NCBI GenBank assembly: GCA_038893355.1
Contig: JAWARQ010000003.1
Location: 32,001-96,000 of the forward strand
Length of the DNA: 64,000 nt
DNA from: Sulfolobaceae archaeon
GTDB lineage: Archaea > Thermoproteota > Thermoprotei_A > Sulfolobales > Sulfolobaceae
Reading direction: 5' to 3'
Position 1 is the stretch's first letter, and each line of letters begins with the position of its first letter. Made by a program: the position numbers and the translations under genes. Under the pieces are notes generated by a model, which was not told the origin of the DNA, did no database searches, and was given only the letters and a program-made list of their open reading frames with translations. Positions 50,647 to 61,491 of the stretch are shown one piece after another.

Positions 50647-52077
50647 TTAATATTTAGTAAAATAAATTCTTTTGCGAAATTTTTCAGATTTCAAAGGAAA
50701 ATCAGATCTATAATGCACTCCTCTACTTTCCTCTCTATATAATGCTGAAAGCGCTAGTAAAGAAGATACTAATGCAGCATTAGAACTCCTATTATTACCA
50801 ATAGTATTGCATTCATGATAATAATTTAATGCTTCCTTTATACCACTACCATTCCTTATTATCCCTAAATATCTCCAATTTATCTCCCTTATCTCTCCTA
50901 AGTTGCAATCTTTTCCGTAGTGAGGTGTATAATAATATATTTCACCATCGTTAATATATAATCCTTCCCAACTATCTATATATAAAGGTAATGAAAAACC
51001 TTGAACTAAACATTCAGTTAAAGAATTGCTAGCAAGCCTATTAGAACCATGAAAACCGGTATCACTTACTTCGCCAATAGCATATAATCCATAAATATTA
51101 CTCTCGCCCCTATAATTTACTCTTATTCCACCAATAGTATAATGTGCAGCTGGATATATGGGAATTAAATCTTTTAATAAGTTAATTCCATTTTTTAATA
51201 AAATATTATAAAGATCTGGAAATTTCTCTTTAACATCCTTTACTTTTCTTGCATCAATAAAGACTTTATTTCCCCTTAATATTTCCTCATATATTGCCCT
51301 AGCCAGAATATCTCTAGGTGCTAATTCTCCTCTTTTATGATATTTAAATAAAAATCTCTCACCGTTCTGATTTATAACCTCAGCACCTTCACCTCTTAAT
51401 GTTTCAGTTATTAAAATAACTTGATTGTTAACTATAGCTGCAGTTGGATGAAATTGAACGAATTCCATATCACTTATTAAAGTGCCTTCTCTAAATGCTA
51501 TTGCAATTCCTTCCCCATAGCTCGAATTTAAATTGGTAGATAAAGAAAATAAAGAAGAGTAGCCACCAGTTGCAATAACTACTCTAGAATCCTCTACTTG
51601 AACATGATTTTCAGTTAAGATACCCTTAACTTTAGCGTCTTTAACAATTAATTTAATAACTCTATCTTGAATTAAAGGTATTTCTAATTCTCTAACTTTA
51701 TTAATAAAAAAATTAAGTAGAGCTCTTCCGGTACTATCACCTACACTATGCACTCTCCTTCTAGAATGACCACCCTCTAATCTTAACTCTTTATCAAATT
51801 TAAAGCCAAGTTTTTCTAATTCCTCTACTACCTCAACAGCCCTTTTTGTAAAGTAATCTACTACCTTAGGATCACAAAGCTCCTCACAAACGGATATGGT
51901 ATCAAGTTTATGTAGTTCTGGTGAATCATCAGGGGATCTCGCTGCTGCTATACCGCCCTTAGAGTAGTAAGAAGAATTAAATAAAGTCTCATATATAACC
52001 TTCACACTATATCCTGCCTTCCTTAATGATATCGCTGCAGATAACCCTGCTATACCGGCACCTATAATAATAACCAT
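50647..52077 (-). CDS. nadB: L-aspartate oxidase
   Basis: GAGIAG, EGGHSRRRV, QFHPT, TETLRGEG and HGSNRLASNSL. Confidence 0.95.
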   Translation of the reverse strand: MVIIIGAGIAGLSAAISLRKAGYSVKVIYETLFNSSYYSKGGIAAARSPDDSPELHKLDTISVCEELCDPKVVDYFTKRAVEVVEELEKLGFKFDKELRLEGGHSRRRVHSVGDSTGRALLNFFINKVRELEIPLIQDRVIKLIVKDAKVKGILTENHVQVEDSRVVIATGGYSSLFSLSTNLNSSYGEGIAIAFREGTLISDMEFVQFHPTAAIVNNQVILITETLRGEGAEVINQNGERFLFKYHKRGELAPRDILARAIYEEILRGNKVFIDARKVKDVKEKFPDLYNILLKNGINLLKDLIPIYPAAHYTIGGIRVNYRGESNIYGLYAIGEVSDTGFHGSNRLASNSLTECLVQGFSLPLYIDSWEGLYINDGEIYYYTPHYGKDCNLGEIREINWRYLGIIRNGSGIKEALNYYHECNTIGNNRSSNAALVSSLLALSALYREESRGVHYRSDFPLKSEKFRKRIYFTKY

Positions 52078-52167
52078 AGACCTCTCTGTTGTCTTTAGAT
52101 TTTAAAGTATTTTCTTCATGTATATTTAATAGTTAATTTTTTATTTTAGTTATCGAACTCAAGTTCG

Positions 52168-53145
52168 ATGGACAAAACAAGCCTATTAGATACTGTGAAT
52201 AAGTTAAAAAAGGAGAAAAATGCTATAATATTAGGCCATAATTATATGGATTATTGGGTTCAACTTGCATCAGATTTTGTAGGAGATTCATATGAACTGG
52301 CAATGAAAGCTACTAAGACTAATGCTAACATAATTGTATTTGCAGGAGTTTATTTCATGGCAGAGCAAGCCGCTGCATTCAATTTGGATAAGAAGGTGTT
52401 AATACCAGATCCTAATGCAGGCTGCTCCTTATCTGATTCTTTACCACCAAAACTTGTTGAAGAATATAGAAAAAACTATCCTGACATTCCAATAGTATTG
52501 TATATAAATACAAGCATCTATGCTAAAGCCTTAGCTGATTACATAGTAACTTCATCTACTGCAGTTACAGTTATAAAAAACTTACCATATGACAAGATAA
52601 TATTTGGACCAGATAGAAATTTAGCTAATTACGTTGAACGTAAAACAGGGAAGAAGATAATAAAAATTCCAGAGGATGGTAGATGCATAGTACATGCTAA
52701 TTATACTAAGCAGATGGTTGAATTTGCAAGGAAAAAATATCCTAAAGCAATATTAATGGCACATCCAGAGTCGCCCTTAGAAATACTTGAAGAGGCAGAT
52801 TTTGTAGGATCCACTAGTCAAATGATTAAATTTGCAATAGAGAGTAATTATGATGAATTCATAGTTGCAACAGAGCTAGGTATGATTAATTCTCTCATTC
52901 TTAAAGTAAAAAATAAAAAATTTTATCCATTAGTAACCCTAGAAAGTTGTGCTTGTGCAAGATGTCCCTATATGAATATGATAACATTAGAGAAAGTCAA
53001 GGAGTCGTTAGAGAAGGAAATATATGAGATTAAAGTTCCAGAAAAGATAGCTGAAAGTGCTAAAGCCGCTTTTCAAAATACTGTAAGGTTGCTAGAAAGA
53101 ATCTCTCCGCAATATACAAAAACTGCATTTAAGGGTTCAGAATAA
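52168..53145 (+). CDS. nadA: Quinolinate synthase
   Basis: HNY, GDS, FMAE, AGCSL, AHPES and CPYM. Confidence 0.95.
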   Translation: MDKTSLLDTVNKLKKEKNAIILGHNYMDYWVQLASDFVGDSYELAMKATKTNANIIVFAGVYFMAEQAAAFNLDKKVLIPDPNAGCSLSDSLPPKLVEEYRKNYPDIPIVLYINTSIYAKALADYIVTSSTAVTVIKNLPYDKIIFGPDRNLANYVERKTGKKIIKIPEDGRCIVHANYTKQMVEFARKKYPKAILMAHPESPLEILEEADFVGSTSQMIKFAIESNYDEFIVATELGMINSLILKVKNKKFYPLVTLESCACARCPYMNMITLEKVKESLEKEIYEIKVPEKIAESAKAAFQNTVRLLERISPQYTKTAFKGSE

Positions 53146-53179
53146 AATAAATTTTGAACTTGAGAGGATTAATATCTGA

Positions 53180-53956
53180 ATGAAAGGGGTATTTGTATCT
53201 CATGGTTCTCCTACAATTCTAATTGAAGAGAATAGATGGAAAACTACATTTAAAAAGATAGGTGAAAGGATTAAGACTGAAATAAGACCAGAGACTATAA
53301 TAATTCTAAGCCCGCACTTTTACACATGGTCTGGAATTCATTATGTAGAAATTGATGAAGAATTAGAGTGTATTCAAGATTATTATGGATTTCCAGACGA
53401 ATTATACAAATACTGCTATTCAGCTAAAAATGATGTTATTTTAGCTAGGGCAATAATAGAAGAAGGTAAGAAAGCAGGCTTACAGATTAGAGAAGATAAT
53501 ACATGGGGATTAGACCATGGTTCATGGATTCCTCTATTTTTCATGTTCCCTGATAGAGATGTAAAAGTAGTGACATTATCTATAACAGATGCTAGCTTTG
53601 AACAACATTATAAGTTAGGTGAGATAATTAAAAAAGCAGTAATAAAAGAGAATAAAAAAGCAGTAATTATAGCAACGGGTTCTCCGACACACAGATTGGA
53701 TTTGTATTTTCTTAAAATATCACCAATTCAATCTAATTTTGATAAAATCTTAATTAATATTTTATCTCAATCAAAATTCGAAGAATTATTTGAAATAGAT
53801 AAAAAATATTATAAAGAATATATTTCTGCTCAACCAGAAGGTGATCTAAAGACATTATTCGTATTACTAGGTGCTGTAAAGCCTAGAAGATGTGAGATAA
53901 TAGACTATGATATACCGTGGGCAGGAGTAAGTATGTTAGCTGCTTACTTCGAATAA
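53180..53956 (+). CDS. LigB/DODA-type extradiol dioxygenase family protein
   Basis: SHGSP, SPHF, DYYGFP, GLDHG and TGSPTH. Confidence 0.88.
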   Translation: MKGVFVSHGSPTILIEENRWKTTFKKIGERIKTEIRPETIIILSPHFYTWSGIHYVEIDEELECIQDYYGFPDELYKYCYSAKNDVILARAIIEEGKKAGLQIREDNTWGLDHGSWIPLFFMFPDRDVKVVTLSITDASFEQHYKLGEIIKKAVIKENKKAVIIATGSPTHRLDLYFLKISPIQSNFDKILINILSQSKFEELFEIDKKYYKEYISAQPEGDLKTLFVLLGAVKPRRCEIIDYDIPWAGVSMLAAYFE

Positions 53957-53982
53957 TAAAACTAATAAACTATCTTATATAA

Positions 53983-55260
53983 TTATTTTTTATCTCTAAA
54001 TATATCATTTAAGAAACTTAATGTAACTTCAGCAACTTTTTCCCATGAAGAATGTAATTCGAGAAATTCTCTAGTTATAGGATTTTCAAATAAGCTAAAT
54101 ATCTCTTCATCAGACATGTTTAAAAACTTTAATGAAGTCCTAGAGAAATTAGGAATATCAAATTCTTTGACTATCTTTACTGGTGGTAAATTGCCATATA
54201 CGCTATTAATTGCAGGTATATCGTATGCAACTACTGGCGTCCTTAATGCTAAAGACTCGAGTACTACTAACGAAAAACCATCTTGATGTGAGGGATATAA
54301 CAGTACCTTTGATTTAGATACATATTTATAAAGCTCTTCTTCAGATACGAAGCCCATATATTCTACGTTTTTTGGTATTGATTTAAGAAACAATCTTTTC
54401 TCACTTTCCCTAAAAAATTTTCCAAAGACTAATATCTTATAGTCTTTTAATAATTTAGCTATTTTAGGTATTTCTCTAATTCCTTTCTGAGGCACTAATC
54501 TAGCAAAATAAACTGCATAATCTTCCTTATAATTACAAATATATTTCTCAATATTAGAATCATAAGCATTAGCAGGCTTTAATACTTGAATTTTAATTTT
54601 GTATTCTTTAGAAAACTCTCTAAATCTAGATAAATATAGAGGAGCTTCAGATACTGCAATTACCCCTCTCAATATACCTTCACTTAAAACTTTTTTGTAG
54701 AACATTCTATCTATAGTATAGAAAAACCATGATGATAAATCATAAATAAAACCTTCGACACCCATAAATTTTCTGTATCCCCTACCTAGAGAAAATCTAA
54801 AAGGTTCGTCATGGAATAGTTTTACTATAAATGTTTTAAATAATTTTGCTAAGGAATAAGAAACTTTTAAATAATCTATATTTTCATGCATATCATATAT
54901 TAAGTTAATATTTTTATAATTATTTATACTTAATTTTTTTAAATATTTTAAATCAATATTAGGATTATAAAAATGAGATTTTATAAAGTATTTAAACTGT
55001 GTTAGCGAATTACTTTCTTTTTCGATTAAATCATATATATTATCTTGTATGAAAATTATTTTAGCTTGTTCAAGCTCCTTTAGAACAGGTAAAATTTCAC
55101 TTTTAGAATATTGTTGAATGGTTATTATAGGGATGTATAAAAGAACCTCAATTCCATATCGAGATAGTAATTTTAAGACATTCAATACATGTTTTCTTAC
55201 GCCAGAAGGTGCCATAGGATTTGCAACAACTAGTATTCTACTAATTTCGCTCATCATCAT
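53983..55260 (-). CDS. GT4 glycosyltransferase
   Basis: ARLVPQKG and PSHQDGFSLVVLESLA. Confidence 0.9.
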   Translation of the reverse strand: MMMSEISRILVVANPMAPSGVRKHVLNVLKLLSRYGIEVLLYIPIITIQQYSKSEILPVLKELEQAKIIFIQDNIYDLIEKESNSLTQFKYFIKSHFYNPNIDLKYLKKLSINNYKNINLIYDMHENIDYLKVSYSLAKLFKTFIVKLFHDEPFRFSLGRGYRKFMGVEGFIYDLSSWFFYTIDRMFYKKVLSEGILRGVIAVSEAPLYLSRFREFSKEYKIKIQVLKPANAYDSNIEKYICNYKEDYAVYFARLVPQKGIREIPKIAKLLKDYKILVFGKFFRESEKRLFLKSIPKNVEYMGFVSEEELYKYVSKSKVLLYPSHQDGFSLVVLESLALRTPVVAYDIPAINSVYGNLPPVKIVKEFDIPNFSRTSLKFLNMSDEEIFSLFENPITREFLELHSSWEKVAEVTLSFLNDIFRDKK

Positions 55261-55499
55261 TATCGTATTCTATTATATTTATTAATCTTATTCAAAGAGT
55301 GCTCTTATGTTCATTATAATTTTATTTTTAAATATAATAAATATAAATAGTAATTAATATATTCTTTAAAATGATTTTAATTTAGAACACTCCAGTTACA
55401 TATAACCTTACTATTTTTCATCAACTAGGTAAACCGCAAGTAAGATTTGCATTAATAAAATATGAATAAGTTTAAAAGTATTAGTTTAAGTTAGCAATT

Positions 55500-57776
55500 A
55501 TGAGCATTCTACAGCGAATACGTACCTTAGAAACTTATAATAGAGTTATTGATGCAATAATAGTAGCCTCGCTTGCCCTAATTTCTATGCTTATTAGAGC
55601 TGTAAGTATTAATTGGACTATCGGATTGGGAGAATTTGACCCTTGGTATATATTCTATAATGCAGTATTAATAGTACAAAATGGTGGTAATTGGTATGCA
55701 GTGCCACCAGATGTTCATGCATGGTTCCCTTGGGGTTATTTTATAGAGTTATATAACACCATTGGATTACCATTTTTATTGGCAATAGCTTCTTTACCGA
55801 TATATGGAATATATGGTATAAATGGAGTATATACTGTAGCAATATTTTCTAGTATTTTTTTAGCTGGAATTAGTGTTCTTGCAGGATTTTTAGCCATAGA
55901 ATCGATTACGAAATCAAGAATAGCTGGATTTTTTGCAGCTGCAGCAATAGCAGTATCACCGTCTTTAACAACCAAGAATACGATAGGTACGCTACCTAAA
56001 ACATCATGGGGTGCAACATTTATACTTTTTGCAATTTATTTCATTACTTTAGCTATAGAAAAAAGAAATCCCTTATATGCTATCCCTGCTGGTATAATGC
56101 TCTTTCTAGCAAATATAACTTGGGGTGGATTATATTACATTAACCTTAGCCTAATAGGTGCTGTCTTCTTCATTATACTATTAAATAAAAATGATGAAAT
56201 TACTGCAAAAACTTTTACATTACTTGTAGTAACAACTGCACTTCTAAACTCAATTTCCCCAAATAATATTGGATTTTTATCAGGATTATCTCAAGGAATA
56301 ATAATGCTTCTAGCTGCGCTTTTTATAAATCTTGATTTATATTTAAAAGAAATTTTGCCCCAGAAAATAGCAGATTCTAGGTCATTAATAGTAGCCTCAG
56401 TATTCGTTGGAATTATAGCATTAGGTATTCTTAGTTTAGGTGCTTTAGGAATTACTAGCCTAATTCCCTTAAGATATTATGCATTAGTAAATCCGTTATT
56501 CCAATCTTTAGTTCCAATATTTCAAACTGTTGCTGAGTATATACCAATTAGCACTCAAGGTATTATACAAAATTTTGGAATAGCATTATTTTTAGCAGTT
56601 CCGGGTTTATACTTTCTGCTTAGGAATCCTAAATTAGGTTCATTATGGTTGTTACTATTATCGGTAATAAGTATCTATGCTACTTCACTACAGCCTTATC
56701 TCTATAACTACACTACTTACATGATTGCAGCTCTAGCGGGAGTAAGTGTAGGGGAAATAGTGAATAAATTAAAATCAAGTTCAAGAATCTTAGGAATAGT
56801 CTTTATCGCATCTATTAGCCTAGGCTTAGTAGCTGATGCTGGGCTAGCAATTAGACTTAGTAATACACCTCAGCCTATAGTTAATGCTGCAGCACCTTAT
56901 GCTTTAGAAAATTACGCATGGATTTCTACACTTAATTGGTTAAGAGAATATACACCGCCTAATTCCGTAATATTTACATGGTGGGATTATGGTTATTGGA
57001 TTCAGGTTGGAAGTAATAGATACGTTATTGACGAGAATAATACCTTAAATGGAACGCAAATAAAACTTATGGCTACTATGTTCTTAAATAATGAAAGTTA
57101 CGCAGTTAATGTGCTCGAAAATAAATATCACTTATATCCATATGGGAACCCTAACTTCACTGTCCCAGTCTATTTTGTAGCGTACGACGCAGTAACTGTA
57201 TTTTATTATTCAGGGATATACCCAATACAATATTTAGGATACCCAACAAATTTCCCTGGCCCATTTATTGGTTATACTACTAGCTTTGGAGATATAGCAA
57301 AGGCTATGGGCGCGATGACGATAATTGCTGGATATCCCCAAAGTGACTATATAGATTATGCTAAAATTAATCAGACTATTCAAAGAATAATTTATGAGTA
57401 TTCCTCAAATCAGCAGTTTGCTACACAATTGATTAACCTTGTTAGCCAATCCTCCGTTATGGCATTTACTCCAAGGGCATATAATTCTCTAATAGTTCAA
57501 ATGTTCCTTGAAGCAATGTGGGTATTAAGCTCAAGAAATGGATTTGTCAATGCGCCATTTACAGCAGATATATTATCAAATAATATCTTTGGCCAACTAG
57601 CACCTTATGTACAGTTAAATTACTTCCAACCAGTTTATATTGCACTTTTTCCATTTAACGGAGTTAGCAGCATACCTTCATCTAATGGATATTATACAGT
57701 TTACGTAATGGTGGTAGTATATCAGTTTGTAGAACCAGGAACTATAGTAGAACCGCAGATCGTAATTAACACTTAA
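55500..57776 (+). CDS. aglB: Oligosaccharyltransferase AglB
   Basis: EFDPW, TVAE and WWDYG; many TM helices. Confidence 0.95.
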   Translation: MSILQRIRTLETYNRVIDAIIVASLALISMLIRAVSINWTIGLGEFDPWYIFYNAVLIVQNGGNWYAVPPDVHAWFPWGYFIELYNTIGLPFLLAIASLPIYGIYGINGVYTVAIFSSIFLAGISVLAGFLAIESITKSRIAGFFAAAAIAVSPSLTTKNTIGTLPKTSWGATFILFAIYFITLAIEKRNPLYAIPAGIMLFLANITWGGLYYINLSLIGAVFFIILLNKNDEITAKTFTLLVVTTALLNSISPNNIGFLSGLSQGIIMLLAALFINLDLYLKEILPQKIADSRSLIVASVFVGIIALGILSLGALGITSLIPLRYYALVNPLFQSLVPIFQTVAEYIPISTQGIIQNFGIALFLAVPGLYFLLRNPKLGSLWLLLLSVISIYATSLQPYLYNYTTYMIAALAGVSVGEIVNKLKSSSRILGIVFIASISLGLVADAGLAIRLSNTPQPIVNAAAPYALENYAWISTLNWLREYTPPNSVIFTWWDYGYWIQVGSNRYVIDENNTLNGTQIKLMATMFLNNESYAVNVLENKYHLYPYGNPNFTVPVYFVAYDAVTVFYYSGIYPIQYLGYPTNFPGPFIGYTTSFGDIAKAMGAMTIIAGYPQSDYIDYAKINQTIQRIIYEYSSNQQFATQLINLVSQSSVMAFTPRAYNSLIVQMFLEAMWVLSSRNGFVNAPFTADILSNNIFGQLAPYVQLNYFQPVYIALFPFNGVSSIPSSNGYYTVYVMVVVYQFVEPGTIVEPQIVINT

Positions 57777-57930
57777 TTCCTTTTTTTAAGAGAATTCTAT
57801 AACTTACATACTTATCAACTGGAGAGAATCTGGCTGGATGTGGAATAATTGTAAAAGAATTACATTTAGGACACCTTTCTCTTAGAGTATAAGTTCCATC
57901 AATCTTGCACTTTCTTATTTTCCATGTCAT
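57766..57930 (-). CDS. nop10: H/ACA RNP protein Nop10 (54 aa, absent from ORF track)
   Basis: [54 protein letters not shown]; overlaps the eIF2a stop. Confidence 0.95.
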   Translation of the reverse strand: MTWKIRKCKIDGTYTLRERCPKCNSFTIIPHPARFSPVDKYVSYRILLKKGIKC

Positions 57931-58745
57931 TTCTTAGACCCAGTAATTACGAGAAATTCTATATTATCCTTTTGGGCTAATTGTTTAATTGAATTAATTA
58001 AATCTTGAAGAACTTGTGATGCAAATTTAGGATCACCTGCAGTTACATCAATCCTATATCTCGGTGCGCCTACCGTGTATATTTTAATATTGTATATTTC
58101 ATCAGAACCTTCGTATAACTTATGAATTTCCTCCAATGCAGAATCGAATACTTGCCTTATTTTAACTACACCTTTAGGTTCAGTCGTTCTAAGCGATACT
58201 AAGCCCGAAACTTTAATCTTCTTTTCTTCAATATGCTTAGAAACTTCCTCTAAGAGAATCTTTATATATTCTTCATTAACTCCAGCATCTAAGAGAATCT
58301 TTGAACCTTCCTTCGCTGCTCTTTCTAATGGGGAATAAAAATCTCCGTACTTATCCTCTAGTTTCCATATGATATTTGCCCATACTTCTTCTTCCTTTTT
58401 ATTAAGTTTTTGTGCAATTATTTCAATTAACTTATCTATCTTCTGAAGTCTCTTCCATTGTAACATTTTTTTCCTTTTCTCATCTTCAGTTACTTTCTTT
58501 AGAGACACATCCACATTCCCCTTTCTCTTATCAACCCTTATCACTTTTGCTACTACTTTCATATTCTCTCTTAGGAGATCTCTTATGTTTCTAACCCATT
58601 TACTACTAATTTCACTCCATGGTAAAAAGGCCTGGAGATTCCTGTATTCATCTAATGTAACATATGCACCATAGTCAAAAATTTGCTTTACAGTTGCTAT
58701 TACTACTTCTCCTACTTCAGGTAATTCTTGCTTTTTATATATCAT
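57927..58745 (-). CDS. eif2a: Translation initiation factor 2 alpha subunit
   Basis: S1 domain LPEVGE...GAYVTLDEY; GAPRY; likely start 58745. Confidence 0.96.
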   Translation of the reverse strand: MIYKKQELPEVGEVVIATVKQIFDYGAYVTLDEYRNLQAFLPWSEISSKWVRNIRDLLRENMKVVAKVIRVDKRKGNVDVSLKKVTEDEKRKKMLQWKRLQKIDKLIEIIAQKLNKKEEEVWANIIWKLEDKYGDFYSPLERAAKEGSKILLDAGVNEEYIKILLEEVSKHIEEKKIKVSGLVSLRTTEPKGVVKIRQVFDSALEEIHKLYEGSDEIYNIKIYTVGAPRYRIDVTAGDPKFASQVLQDLINSIKQLAQKDNIEFLVITGSKK

Positions 58746-58746
58746 G

Positions 58747-58944
58747 CTATCCCAAGATTCTAATAATTTCTGCAACTATTTTTGCTTTGCCTCCAGTCGA
58801 ATAAGCAAGCTGAGTACCACAAGATAAACATCTTACTGGAAATGTTGCATGGCTAAAAATTACTTGTTCATTACCACAATTATTACATCTTACTCTCAAA
58901 AATCTGCTTTTAGGCTCAGGTACAAGAATTTTAGTCTTCTTCAT
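58747..58944 (-). CDS. rps27e: 30S ribosomal protein S27e
   Basis: PKSRFLRVRCNNC...CLSCG...TGGKA. Confidence 0.96.
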   Translation of the reverse strand: MKKTKILVPEPKSRFLRVRCNNCGNEQVIFSHATFPVRCLSCGTQLAYSTGGKAKIVAEIIRILG

Positions 58945-59231
58945 TATTTAGCCACCTCAACTAATTCAATCTTCTTAATTCTTATTCCCTTCTTATGGAA
59001 TGTATAACCACATTTTGAACATTTTAGAACTAGAGTTTGTTTCTTTGTAACTTTAGCAAACCTTTTTTGTTCTGGTTTTCTCTTACTACCATATCCTAAA
59101 TTCTTTCTCTCATACCTCCTTTGACCCTCTGCTAAGGTCCTTCTTTTACCGCCCTTATATAATGATACTGAATGTTCTGTATGAGACTTACATCTTGGAC
59201 AGTAAGTATTAATTACCTTAGGTACTTTCAT
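58944..59231 (-). CDS. rpl44e: 50S ribosomal protein L44e
   Basis: TYCPRC..HT, GQRRY and AKVTKK. Confidence 0.96.
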   Translation of the reverse strand: MKVPKVINTYCPRCKSHTEHSVSLYKGGKRRTLAEGQRRYERKNLGYGSKRKPEQKRFAKVTKKQTLVLKCSKCGYTFHKKGIRIKKIELVEVAK

Positions 59232-59233
59232 CT

Positions 59234-59683
59234 TTACTTCGTTATATTTGTTTCTATAGGATTTATAAAGCCTGCCATTGTTAACTTTAACGCGTTCTCT
59301 ATATTAGTTATGATAATATCACCAGGATTTAAAGTAAAGTTATCTATTGTTATTGCCTTTTCCACTCTACATAAAATTTTTTCATTATAAATATTATATT
59401 TTCCTGTTAATAAATTAATATAAAATTTTCTTATTTTTATTATTATTTCAAAAAATATTGAATCAAAGCCCTTTATAGTCTGACCTTCAATAACTTTAGA
59501 GAGTCTAAGGTCAAAAAGAGATTCTGCAAGCTCCTCATAAATTGATATCTCTTTTAAATGGAGCTCATCAGTATACTTACTTCTCATTAGAGTTATAGAT
59601 CTTATGAATTCCTTAATTTCATCAAATGATATGTCTTGTAATTCTGGTTTGTATAACTCTAGCTTAACTTTTTCATCTAACAT
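59234..59683 (-). CDS. gins15: GINS subunit Gins15
   Basis: LFDLRLSK and LNPGDI; conserved position downstream of priS. Confidence 0.8.
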   Translation of the reverse strand: MLDEKVKLELYKPELQDISFDEIKEFIRSITLMRSKYTDELHLKEISIYEELAESLFDLRLSKVIEGQTIKGFDSIFFEIIIKIRKFYINLLTGKYNIYNEKILCRVEKAITIDNFTLNPGDIIITNIENALKLTMAGFINPIETNITK

Positions 59684-60668
59684 ACGCCTTCATCTCACCT
59701 AAGCTTTTAAGATGTAAATATACTCCTATACTCGCTTCAACCCTTATGGGAATATTTTTATTCATCTCTAAAACTCTATCGAATATATTTATTTTCATAC
59801 TAACTTTTGGAATTATAATAACATAACCATTAAAAGGTGATAAGGATTCATCAATAGTAAAGTTCGCCAAATCATTTACTCTCTTTACTAAAAGTCCTGA
59901 TTTTCCATTTATCGAGTTCTCTACCCTTTCTAATCTTCTCACATCTATTGTTACTTGTTCATCTAAGACTACTGATTTTACCCCCCTTACTTTCCGCCCT
60001 ATCCAAGAAGGCGAATCTGGCGTTACATTTATTTCAGGAACTTTTTCTCCCTTTATATAATCTACTATTTCTTTTCTCTCTTCTTGGCCTAGCAATCCAC
60101 ACTCATCCTTACACTCTACTCTAACATGAAAACCTCTATTACCAGAAAATGTGACCACTCCTAGGAAACCAAAATCATTCTCTAGTATCTCAATTAAGGT
60201 AAGAGTATTTTTTATTGTAGACTCTAGACATTCTTTATTAATTTCTACATATTCTACGACCTCACTACCATCAATAGGACACTTCCCAACTCCTTGAACT
60301 ATACTACCACAAGTTGGGCAGAAGTTTATCCTTTTTAGATCTTTACACACTTCATCTGCATCTACATCAAATAGCAAATCAGAACCTAGCCATCCTTTTT
60401 CCTCCATTTCTTTTGCTGCTGGAATTGCATATCTTGCAGAGGAGTAGTATAAATGAAGAGGAAGGTTTTCTAAAATAAAGGACTTTAATTCAGTAATACT
60501 CGTAAACGATAAATGTCTAATATAACTACCGTATCCTATGGGCTGAATAGCGAACTCTCTCATTTCTATATCTGACGGTTCTACCAACTCCGCCTTTGAA
60601 TAATATGATTTAAAAAGAGATTTAAGTAGAACATTACTCGATTCTTGGTGCAATATAGAAGTCCCCAT
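59673..60668 (-). CDS. priS: DNA primase small subunit
   Basis: REFA, FDVDAD, SGNRGFH, Zn knuckle CPTC and DEQVT; likely start 60668. Confidence 0.95.
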   Translation of the reverse strand: MGTSILHQESSNVLLKSLFKSYYSKAELVEPSDIEMREFAIQPIGYGSYIRHLSFTSITELKSFILENLPLHLYYSSARYAIPAAKEMEEKGWLGSDLLFDVDADEVCKDLKRINFCPTCGSIVQGVGKCPIDGSEVVEYVEINKECLESTIKNTLTLIEILENDFGFLGVVTFSGNRGFHVRVECKDECGLLGQEERKEIVDYIKGEKVPEINVTPDSPSWIGRKVRGVKSVVLDEQVTIDVRRLERVENSINGKSGLLVKRVNDLANFTIDESLSPFNGYVIIIPKVSMKINIFDRVLEMNKNIPIRVEASIGVYLHLKSLGEMKAYVR

Positions 60669-61371
60669 AACCACCTTGTGGTAATTCATACCTTAATCTT
60701 AGAGGTAATTGAGTTCCAAATCTTATTTCGACAGTATCAGAAGAATTTCTCATTTTTATAGTATTATAAACATATTTTATACTATAAATAGATGAAGCAT
60801 CGGGACCTTCAGACTCAAGTAATCCACCATTTTCTGTAGAAAGTTCTATGATAGATGATGAAATATCACCTTCTGATTTTATATACAATTTACCTTCCTT
60901 AGATTCGAATATTATACTTTCACCTAGCTCAGATAATTCATCTATAATATCCGCAAATACTGCTGTAAGTAATTTTGATCTAAAAGGTAACTCAATTGTT
61001 AATGAAGATTTCTCCACTTCACCTGCGGAAAGTATAGGAATTTCGAATGCTCTCTCGTACTCTCCATCTAATATAAGCCTTACTCTGTCTTTTGTCGTTT
61101 CAAGTTGTATACTATCATCTTTCATCACCTTTTTAAGAATATCCGTAAATTCCTCTAGATTAAAGCCTACAATCTCCTCATCTTTCTCTAGTTCATAACC
61201 TTCGAAGTATCCTGCCGGTAAAAATATTTCTAGGTATACTGCCTTTGAAGGATCCTTTCCACTTAATAATATACCTTCCTTATTTGCCCTAATTACTGCC
61301 TCATCTAAAAATTCATACACTACTCGGAATAAGTAACTAAATGATCTTGCATCTACTACTCTAAACTTCAT
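60634..61371 (-). CDS. pcna2: PCNA sliding clamp subunit (PCNA2-type)
   Basis: DPSKAV and FYIAPR; resembles Sulfolobus PCNA2 (from recall) and sits upstream of priS. Confidence 0.9.
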   Translation of the reverse strand: MKFRVVDARSFSYLFRVVYEFLDEAVIRANKEGILLSGKDPSKAVYLEIFLPAGYFEGYELEKDEEIVGFNLEEFTDILKKVMKDDSIQLETTKDRVRLILDGEYERAFEIPILSAGEVEKSSLTIELPFRSKLLTAVFADIIDELSELGESIIFESKEGKLYIKSEGDISSSIIELSTENGGLLESEGPDASSIYSIKYVYNTIKMRNSSDTVEIRFGTQLPLRLRYELPQGGYGDFYIAPRIE

Positions 61372-61491
61372 ACATATTTTACATCATGTTTCTATTTTAA
61401 ATTCATATATGCGATACTACATACGAGAGTTAAAGGAATGTATTATACGCCATATTTAATATAAATGAAAGAGCTGTTATAGCCAAATTGT

